DNA of 64,000 bases from the human T2T-CHM13v2.0 reference genome, Homo sapiens. Of the stretch, positions 18,122-29,446 are shown piece by piece. Position 1 is the first letter of the stretch. Each line of letters starts with the position of its first letter. Location of the stretch: NCBI RefSeq assembly GCF_009914755.1, contig NC_060937.1, one strand, 5' to 3'. The notes under the pieces were generated by a model that had not been told where the DNA came from, made no database searches, and saw only the letters and a program-made list of their open reading frames with translations. A program made the translations under genes and the position numbers.

Positions 18122-18394
18122 TTAGCCAGGCATGGTGGCAGATGCCTGTAATCCCAGCTATTTGGGAGGCTGAGGCAGGTGCCATCCCAGCCAACATGGC
18201 ACCATCCCAGCCAGCATGGTGCTATCCCAGAAAATATGGCACCATTCTAACCAACATGGCACCACCCCAGCCTCAGGTATTCCTTTATAGCAATACGAAT
18301 GGACTAAGACACTGGCATAGCAATAACACTAATAAATATATATTGACTGAATGAAAGAACAAACATGTTATCTTTCTGAAAGAATATATTTTTT

Positions 18395-18685
18395 GGCCAG
18401 GCTTGGTGGCTCACGCCTGTAATCCCAGCACTTTGGGAGGCCGAGGCGGGTGGATCACGAGGTCAGGAGATCGAGACCATCCTGGCTAACATGGTGAAAC
18501 CCCATCTCTACTAAAAACACACACAAAAAAAATTAGCCGGGCATGGTGGCAAGCATCTGTAGTCCCAGCTACTTGGGAAGCTGAGGCAGGAGAATGGTGT
18601 AAGCTTGCAGTGAGCAGAGATGGGCTTACTGCACTCCAGCCTGGGTGACAGAGCAAGACTCCGTCTCAAAAAAAGAAAAAGAAGA
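18395..18685 (+). mobile_element. AluY-like element
   Basis: Diagnostic gagatcgagaccatcctggctaac segment. Confidence 0.85.
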
Positions 18686-18880
18686 ATGTATTTTTTACAA
18701 CACAATCAAATCAATGCCTTAAAACTAGGCTGTCATCACATTTTTCCCCCCGTTTTACATACTTAAATTGGCTAAATCAAGAATAGGGGCTGGCTCTCAG
18801 TCCCTACCTCGTGGGGGGTGCCTCCCCTCCCTGCGATGGGGGTCCTAAGAGCCTGGGGCGGAAGAGGGGCTGGCTCTCAG

Positions 18881-19490
18881 CCACCACAAAATGGGGAGCC
18901 TTTATGTTCAGGTTTTGCCCAAGAGTCAGCTTATTTGCTTCTGGTACTAGCAGGGCAGTTGATGCCGTGGCCTTCAAACATGGGGGCCATCCTTTAGAAA
19001 CCCTTTCTATTTGTTTAGACACGTAGGCCACCGGCCTCAGCCAGGGCCCCAGAGTTTCGGTTAAAATTCCAGCTGCCATCTTTTCTCTATCTGACGCATT
19101 CAATGGAAAAGGCTTTGTCAGATCTGGTAGCCCCGGGGCTGGGGCTGCCAGAAGTTTTTCCTTTAACTCATGAAAGACTTGCTGTTGTTGGGATCCCCAT
19201 TCTAAAGGTTCCCGGTCCCCGCCCCCTTTGTGACCTCATACAAAGACTTGGCTAATACTGCAAAGTTTGGGATGCACAGTCTACAAAACCCCACAGCCCC
19301 TAAGAATTCCCTCACCTGCCTTCTGCCCTTAGGCTCCGGTAGATTGCAAATGACCTGCTTTCTTTCTGTTCCCGGGCGTTTGGACCCCTGTCTTGGACCG
19401 CTGTCGGATAGTAAATCCCAAGTAAGGTACCTGCCGTCGGCAGATTTGAGCTTTCTTCTTGGACACCTAATACCCAGAGTCCTCCAGGTG
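18881..19490 (-). mobile_element. ERV1 (HERV-E-like) pol fragment, copy 1 (RT thumb/connection), non-coding
   Basis: Translates to gammaretroviral pol: ...RQVREFLGAVGFCRL...PVAYVSKQ..VSKGWPPCL...[14 protein letters not shown]. Confidence 0.85.
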
Positions 19491-20271
19491 GGTCCTTAAG
19501 GTTCCTGGGATCCGCCATGGGGGTCCTAAGCCAGTGGGGGATGAGGGGCTGGCTCTCAGTCCCCGCCTTGCTGGGGGTGCCCCCCCCCCCTGCGATGGGG
19601 GCCCTAAGAGCCAGGGGGGTAAGAAGGGCTGGCTCTCAGTCCCCGCCTCGTGGGGGGTGCCTCTCCCTCCTGCGCTGGGGGCCCTGAGAGCCAGTGGGGG
19701 AGAGGGGCTGGCTCTCAGTCCCTGCCTTGTTGGGGGTGCCTCCCCCCCTGCGATGGGGGTCCTGAGAGCCAGGGGGGAAGAGGGGCTGGCTCTCAGTACC
19801 TGCCTCATTGGGGGTGCCTCCATGCCCTGCGATGGGTGACCTAAGAGCCAGGGGGGGAAGAGGGGCTGGCTCTCAGTCCCCACCTCGTGGGGGGTGCCTC
19901 CCCCTCTGCGATGGGGGTCCTAAGAGCCGGTGGCAGAATAGGGGCTGCCTCTGCGTCCCTGCCTCGTGGGGGGTGCCTCCGCCTCCTGGGATGGTGGTCC
20001 TAAGAGCCAGAGGGGGAAGAGGGGCTGGCTCTCAGTCCCTGCCTCGTGGGGGGTGCCTCCCCCCCCTGCGATGGGGGTCGTGAGAGCCGGGCGGGATGAG
20101 GGGCTGGCTCTCAGTCCCCTCCTCGCGGGGGGTGCCTCCCCCCCGGCGATGGGGGCCCTGAGAGCCAGAGGGGAAGAGAGGCTGGCTCTCAGTCCCTGCC
20201 TTGTTGGGGGTGCCATCCCCCCCGCGATGGGGGTCCCAAGAGCCAGGGGGGGAAAAGGGGCTGGCTCTCAG
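19491..20271. repeat. ~79-bp GC-rich satellite block (~9 full units), SATR-like
   Basis: Unit aggggctggctctcagtccctgcctcgtggggggtgcctccccccctgcgatgggggtcctaagagccagggggggaag, with starts near 19544, 19625, 19703, 19781, 19861, 19940, 20020, 20099 and 20178. Confidence 0.9.
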
Positions 20272-20867
20272 CCACCACAAAATGGGGGGCCTTTATGTTC
20301 AGGTTTTTCCCAAGAGTCAGCTTATTTGCTTCTTTAATTAGCAGGGCAGTTGCTGCCAAGGCCCTCAAACAGGGGAGCCATCCTTCAGTAACCCTGTCTA
20401 GTTGTTCAGAGACGTAGGCCACCGGCCTCAGCCAGGGCCCCACAGTTTGGGTTAAAAGTCCAGCTGCCATCTTTTCTGTCTATAACGCATACAATGGAAA
20501 AGGCTTTGTCAGATCGGGTATCCCCAGGGCTGGGGCTGCCAGACATTTTTCCTTTAACTCATGAAAGACTTGCTGTTATTGGGTTCCCCATTCCAAAGGT
20601 TCCGGTCCACGCCCCCTTTGTGACCTCATACAAAGGCTTGGCTAATACTGCAAAGTTTGGGATGAACAGTCTACAAAACCCCACAGCCCCTGAGAATTCC
20701 CTCACCTGCCTTCTGCCCTTAGGCTCCGGTAGATTGCAAATGACCTGCTTTCTTTCTGTTCCCGGGCGGCATCGGACCCGTCGGAGAGTAAATCCCAAGT
20801 AAGGTACCTGCCGTTGGCAGATTTGAGCTTTCTTCTTGGACACCTAATACCCACAGTCCTCCAGGTG
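20272..20867 (-). mobile_element. HERV-E-like pol fragment, copy 2
   Basis: ORFs 20559..20843 (SKKKAQIC..QVPYLGF..RQVREFSGAVGFCRLFIPNFAVLAKPLYEVTKG) and 20189..20470. Confidence 0.85.
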
Positions 20868-20935
20868 AGTCCTAAGTATCTTAGGATCCGCGATGGGGGT
20901 CCTAAGGCAGGGGGGGAAGAGGGGATGGCTGTCAC

Positions 20936-21532
20936 CCAACCCAAAATGGGCGGCCTTTATGTTCAGGTTTTGCCCAAGAGTCAGCTTATTTGCTTCTTGT
21001 ACTATCAGGGCAGTTGATGCCACGGCCCTCAAACAGGGGGGCCATCCTTTAGAAACCCTCTCTAGTTGTTTAGACAACTAGGCCACCGGCCTCAGCCAGG
21101 GCCCCAGAGTTTCGGTTAAAAGTCCAGCTGCCATCTTTTCTCTATCTGACGCATTCAATGGAAAAGGCTTTGTCAGATCGGGTAGCCCCGGGGCTGGGGC
21201 TGCCAGAAGTTTTTCCTTTAACTCCTGAAAGACTTTTTGTTCTTGGGATCCCCATTCCAAAGGTTCCGTTCCCCGCCCCCTTTGTGACCTCATACAAAGG
21301 CTTGGCTAATACTGCAAAGTTTGGGATCCAGTCTACAAAACCACACAGCTCCCAAGAATTCCCTTACCTGCCTTCTGCCCTTAGGCTCCGGTAGATTGTA
21401 AATAACCTGCTTTCTTTCTGTTCCCGGGCTGCGTTCGGACCCCTGTCGGATAGTAAATCCCAAGCAAGGTACCTGCCGTCAGCAGATTTGAGCTTTCTTC
21501 TTGGACACCTAATACCCACAGTCCTCCAGGTG
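20936..21532 (-). mobile_element. HERV-E-like pol fragment, copy 3
   Basis: ORFs 20844..21077 and 21078..21293 (EWGSQEQKVFQELKEKLLAAPAPGLPDLTKPF). Confidence 0.85.
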
Positions 21533-22150
21533 GGTCCTAAGGTTCTTAGGATCCTTGATGGAGGTCCTAAGCTGTGGGGGACGGGGGGCTGGCTCTCAGT
21601 CCCCGCCTCGTGGGGGGTGCCTCCCCCCCCTGCGATGGGGGCCCTGAGAGCCAGGGGGGAAGAGGGGCTGGCTCTCAGTCCCTGCCTCGTTGGGGGTGCC
21701 TCCCCCGCTGCGATGGGTGTCCTAAGAGCCAGGGGGGAAGAGGGGCTGGCTCTCAGTCCCAGCCTCGTGGGGGGTGCCTCCCCCCCTGCGATGGGGGTCC
21801 TAAGAGCCGGTGGCGGAAGAGGGGCTGCCTCTGAGTCCCTGCCTCGTGGGGGGTGCCTCCCCCCCCTGCGATGGGGGTCCTGAGAGCCGGGGAGGATGAG
21901 GGGCTGGCTCTCAGTCCCCGCCTCGTGGGGGGTGCCTCCCCCCCTGCGATGGGGGCCCTGAGAGCCAGGGGGGAAGAGGGGCTGGCTCTCAGTCCCTGCC
22001 TCGTTGGGGGTGCCTCCCCCCCTGCGATGGGGGTCCTAAGAGCCTGGGGCGGAAGAGGGGCTGGCTCTCAGTCCGTGCCTGGCGGGGGGTGCCTCCCCCC
22101 CTGCGATGGGGGTCCCGAGAGCCAGCGGGGGAAAAGGGGCTGACTCTCAG
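21533..22150. repeat. ~79-bp GC-rich satellite block (~7 full units)
   Basis: Same unit in tandem. Confidence 0.9.
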
Positions 22151-22749
22151 CCACCACAACATGGGGGGCCTTTATGTTCAGGTTTTGCCCAAGAGTCAGC
22201 TGATTTGCTTCTTGTACTAGCAGGGCAGTTGCTGCCAAGGCCCTCAAACAGGGGAGCCATCCTTCAGAAACCCTGTCTAGTTGTTCAGAGACGTAGGCCA
22301 CCGGCCTCAGCCAGGGCCCCACAGTTTGGGTTAAAAGTCCAGCTGCCATCTTTTCTCTCTCTAACGCATACAATGGAAAAGGCTTTGCCAGATCGGGTAG
22401 CCCCGGGGCTGGGGCTGCCAGAAGTTTTTCCTTTAACTCCTGAAAGACTTTCTGTTCTTGGGATCCCCATTCCAAAGGTTCCGGTCCCCGCCCCCTTTGT
22501 GACCTCATACAAAGGCTTGGCTAATACTGCAAAGTTTGGGATCCACAGTCTATAAAACCCCACAGCTCCCAAGAATTCCCTTACCTGCCTTCTGCCCTTA
22601 GGCTCCGGTAGATTGTAAATAACCTGCTTTCTTTCTGTTCCCGGGCTGCGTTCGGACCCCTGTCGGATAGTAAATCCCAAGCAAGGTACCTGCCGTCAGC
22701 AGATTTGAGCTTTCTTCTTGGACACCTAATACCCACAGTCCTCCAAGTG
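22151..22749 (-). mobile_element. HERV-E-like pol fragment, copy 4
   Basis: ORFs 22068..22508 and 22285..22680. Confidence 0.85.
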
Positions 22750-23772
22750 GGTCCTAAGGTTCTTAGGATCCTTGATGGGGGTCCTAAGCTGTGGGGGACG
22801 GGGGGCTGGCTCTCAGTCCCTGCCTCCCGGGGGGTGCCTCCCCCCCTGCGATGGGGGCCCTGAGAGCCAGGGGGCAAGAGGGGCTGGCTCTCAGTCCCTG
22901 CCTCGTTGGGGGTGTCTCCCCGCCTTCGATTGGTGTCCTAAGAGCCAGGGGGAGAAGAGGGGCTGGCTCTCAATCCCTGCATCGTTAGGGGTGCCTTCCC
23001 CCCTGCGATTGGTGTCCTAAGAGCCAGGGGGGGAAGAGGGGCTGGCTCTCAGTCCCCGCCTCGTAGGGGGTGCCTCCCCCCCTGAGATGGGGGTCCTAAG
23101 AGCCGGGGGCGGAAGAGGGGCTGCCTCTGAGTCCCTGCCTCGTGGGGGGTGCCTCCCCCTCCCCTCCTGCGATGGTGGTCCTAAGAGCCAGAGGGGGAAG
23201 AGGGGCTGGCTCTCAGTCCCTGCCTCACGGGGGGTGCCTCCCCCCCCCTGCGATGGTGGTCCTAAGAGCCAGAGGGGGAAGAGGGGCTGGCTCTCAGTCC
23301 CCGCCTCGTGGGGGGTGCCTCCCCCCCTGCGATGGGGGTCCTGAGAGCCAGGGGGGAAGAGGGGCTGGCTCTCAGTCCCTGCCTCGTTGGGGGTGCCTCC
23401 CCCCCCTGCGATTGTTGTCCTAAGAGCCAGGGGGAGAAGAGGGGCTGGCTCTCAGTCCCCGCCTCGTGGGGGGTGCCTCCCCCGCTGCGATGGGGGTCCT
23501 AAGAGCCGGGGGCGGAACAGGGGCTGCCTCTGAGTCCCTGCCTCGTGGGGGGTGCCTCCCCCTCCTGCGATGGTGGTCCTAAGAGCCAGAGGGGGAAGAG
23601 GGGCTGGCTCTGAGTCTCCGCCTCGCGGGGGTTGCCTCCCCCCCTGCGATGGGGGTCCTAAGAGCCTGGGGCGGAAGAGAGGCTGGCTCTCAGTCCGTGC
23701 CTCGCAGAGGGTGTCATCGCCCCTGCGATGGGGGTCCCAAGAGCCAGCGGGGGAAAAGGGGCTGACTCTCAG
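22750..23772. repeat. ~79-bp GC-rich satellite block (~12 full units)
   Basis: Same unit in tandem. Confidence 0.9.
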
Positions 23773-24372
23773 CCACCACAAAATGGGGAGCCTTTATGTT
23801 CAGGTTTTGCCCAAGAGTCAGCTTATTTGCTTCTTGTACTAGCAGGGCAGTTGCTGCCAAGGCCCTCAAACAGGGGAGCCATCCTTCAGAAACCCTGTCT
23901 AGTTGTTCAGAGACGTAGGCCACCGGCCTCAGCCAGGGCCCCACAGTTTGGGTTAAAAGTCCAGCTGCCATCTTTTCTCTCTCTAACGCATACAATGGAA
24001 AAGCCTTTGCCAGATCGGGTAGCCCCAGGGCTGGGGCTGCCAGAAGTTTTTCCTTTAACTCCTGAAAGACTTTCTGTTCTTGGGATCCCCATTCCAAAGG
24101 TTCCCGGTCCCCGCCCCCTTTGTGACCTCATACAAAGGCTTGGCTAACACTGCAAAGTTTGGGATGCACAGTCTATAAAACCCCACAGCCCCTGAGAATT
24201 CCCTCACCTGCCTTCTGCCCTTAGGCTCCGGTAGATTGCAAATGACCTGCTTTCTTTCTGTTCCCGGGCTGCGTTCGGACCCCTGTCGGATAGTAACTCC
24301 CAAGTAAGGTACCTGCCGTCGGCAGATTGGAGCTTTCTTCTTGGAGACCTAATACCCACAGTCCTCCAGGTG
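23773..24372 (-). mobile_element. HERV-E-like pol fragment, copy 5
   Basis: ORFs 23714..24097 and 24055..24303. Confidence 0.85.
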
Positions 24373-24440
24373 GGTCCTAAGGATCTTAGGATCCGCGATG
24401 GGGGTCCTAAGGCAGGGGGGGAAGAGGGGTTGGCTGTCAT

Positions 24441-25041
24441 CCAACCCAAAATGGGCGGCCTTTATGTTCAGGTTTTGCCCAAGAGTCAGCTTATTTGCTT
24501 CTTGTACTATCAGGGCAGTTGATGCCACGGCCCTCAAACATGAGGGGCCATCCTTTAGAAACCCTCTCTAGTTGTTTAGAGACGTAGGCCACCGGCCTCA
24601 TCCAGGGCCCCAGAGTTTCGGTTAAAAGTCCAGCTGCCATCTTTTCTCTATCTGACGCATTCAATGGAAAAGGCTTTGTCAGATCGGGTAGCCCCAGGGC
24701 TGGGGCTGCCAGAAGTTTTTCCTTTAACTCATGAAAGACTTGCTGTTGTTGGGATCCCCATTCCAAAGGTTCCCGGTCCCCGTCCCCTTTGTGACCTCAT
24801 ACAAAGGCTTGGCTAATACTGCAAAGTTTGGGATGCACAGTCTACAAAACCCCACAGCCCCTAAGAATTCCCTCACCTGCCTTCTGCCCTTAGGCTCCGG
24901 TAGATTGCAAATGACCTGCTTTCTTTCTGTTCCCGGGCTGCGTTCGGACCCCTGTCGGAGAGTAAATCCGAAGTAAGGTAGCTGCCGTCGGCAGATTTGA
25001 GCTTTTTTCTTGGACACCTAATACCCACAGTCCTCCAGATG
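24441..25041 (-). mobile_element. HERV-E-like pol fragment, copy 6
   Basis: ORFs 24491..24766 and 24724..25017. Confidence 0.85.
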
Positions 25042-25184
25042 GGTCCTAAGGTTCTTAGGATCCGCAATGGGGGTCCTAAGCCAGGGGGTGATGAGGGGCT
25101 GGCTCTCAGTCCCTGCCTCGTGGGGGGTGCCTCCCCCTCCTGCGATGGTGGTCCTAAGAGCCAGAGGGGGAAGAGGGGTGCACA

Positions 25185-25950
25185 CCCAGTTCATGATCAG
25201 GTCCCAAAATCAAATGTCCAGTTTTTAGCTAGGACCCAGTAAGAAGAGCTATTTTTCAAAGAGAGAAAAGTTATTTGCAAAAGATAACATGGATTTGCTG
25301 CAAACCGCCAGGGGTCTGCACTGTGATTCTCCTTTCAGGGCTGGTTGAAGGCTCCATACAGTATCTCTATCTGCCTTGGACACTTCAGGCATATGTGCCA
25401 TATATGACAGAACATCTTGCACAACAGTCTGAATTTGCTGCAACCCTTCTCTTGCTCTGGGCCCCACTCAAAACCGGCAGACTTACAAATTCCTTCGTAA
25501 ATGGGCCAGGGCAGCATGGTAAAATGTGCTGTATATTACCTCCTAAAACACCCGTCAAGTATTTTTTTTTAACTCTTTCCTAGCATAGGAGTACATGATG
25601 CAGCAATTTGTTTTCATTTGAAGGAGATAACCAACATGCCTCAGGCCACTGAACTCCTAGAAATGTCACATGCTCAACATATTATCCATATAATGGACTA
25701 GTTCTGCATTTTATGGGATGTTGTGATTATCAAGACCCCTGAAGCCTTGCTTATGACAGAACAGGAGAGTTGCCATAGACCTGAGCTCAAATCGTGAAGA
25801 TGTACTGCTGTCCCTGCCATGTGAAAGCAAACACCTTCCAAAAGTGCCTGTAACCAATACAGCAGGAAAAAAAGTATATTTTACATAAATAGCTGCATCC
25901 CACATGTCAAAAGCCATTTTGATTTACTCTAGTAAGAATAACATATTTGA
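25185..25950 (-). mobile_element. Ancient ERV-L pol fragment (RT thumb/connection region)
   Basis: Degenerate translation LPWPIY...SAGFEWGPEQEK / LQQIQTVVQ...EVSKADRDTVWSL..ESQCRPL...NNFSLFEK resembles ERV-L pol (ORFs 25335..25517 and 25249..25467). Confidence 0.7.
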
Positions 25951-26084
25951 AACAGCAGCAGCAATCAATTAAATATTGATAATAAGCAATGGAGAGATAA
26001 CAGGAAATCACGTAGAATATATCATTGTTTGCCAAATATTCTGGCTCCTTTCCTACTGAGGAATCATACTTCCTTAACTGCAGT

Positions 26085-26660
<576 letters not shown>

Positions 26661-27349
26661 TATACAGTCTCAGAGATTAGCAACAGTTGAGAGTCAGTGT
26701 TCAGCGATCCTGAAACAGTCCCAAGTATTTTCCTCTCCCATGACAATGGCCATGGGTCTCTTAGGGCTTGAAGAATGATTTTTAGTATATATTGCAGCAA
26801 TGTCAGTGGGCTCCAGGTCTGCAAAATTGTTCAGCTCCCAGAACTGGGGGAAGGGCCATGACTATTATGGTGATCCAAATTAGAATTCTACTTACCTGAT
26901 AATTTCTAATTATGTAGATCAACATATATTTTAGTAGGCTATTTTATTCCTAGAGATACTACCAAAGACCCTCACAAGTCAAAAACATTCATTTTACCAC
27001 TGTGGCCCTGCTGCCCATGAAAGTAACTGTGCCCACTGTGTCTCTGGTGTTAAACACTGTCACTTGGTCTCTGAAATAAGGAAGGCAATTTAAAGAGTAG
27101 CATTTCTTATTGTCACCCCCAGCAGGCAGAGGATACCCGCTACAAAGCTCCTAAAGGGAAATGGAGCTCTCCTCCGCACATTTTTTTTTTGTAAGAGAAG
27201 GTCTTACTCTGTCACGCAGGCTGGAGTGCACTGTCATGATGACAGCTCACTGTGGCCTTGACCTCCTGGGCTCAAGCCATCCTTCCACTTCAACCTCCTG
27301 AGTAGCTGGGACTAGAGGCATGCACCACCATGCCTGGCTAATTTTTTAA

Positions 27350-27496
<147 letters not shown>

Positions 27497-27689
27497 TAAA
27501 GGGAGTGTCCTCTGGGCCCTGAGGGACACAGTCAAGGGATGAATTTTTTTTATAATCTTAGTGTGAAGGTCCACATATGATGCAAAATAACAATGGCTGC
27601 ATGAACGTGATCCCAACTTGTTCCCACAAGGGTCAGGTGGCTAACTTCATAGGATATTCTACCTGGCTCTGTCTGCCCTCCTACCTAGT

Positions 27690-29446
<1,757 letters not shown>

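Larger units (their letters stand above)
18785..25178. repeat. Composite tandem array: six HERV-E-like pol fragments alternating with blocks of a ~79-bp GC-rich satellite
   Basis: Repeats are directly visible; see the component features and findings. Confidence 0.95.

Noticed and set aside
19467-23842. Numerous G/P/A-rich ORFs in the satellite blocks
   Set aside because: They result from stop-poor GC-rich repeats whose unit length varies without preserving frame; most have no ATG start.
18785-25178. CRISPR-like reading of the array (palindromic repeats separating virus-derived pieces)
   Set aside because: The viral pieces are six copies of one fragment rather than diverse spacers, the repeats occur in tandem blocks, and no associated nuclease genes are present. 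The resemblance is superficial.
18785-25178. SVA element or intact provirus
   Set aside because: No (CCCTCT)n hexamer, Alu-like region, SINE-R or poly(A); the unit differs from the SVA VNTR; no LTRs, gag or env.
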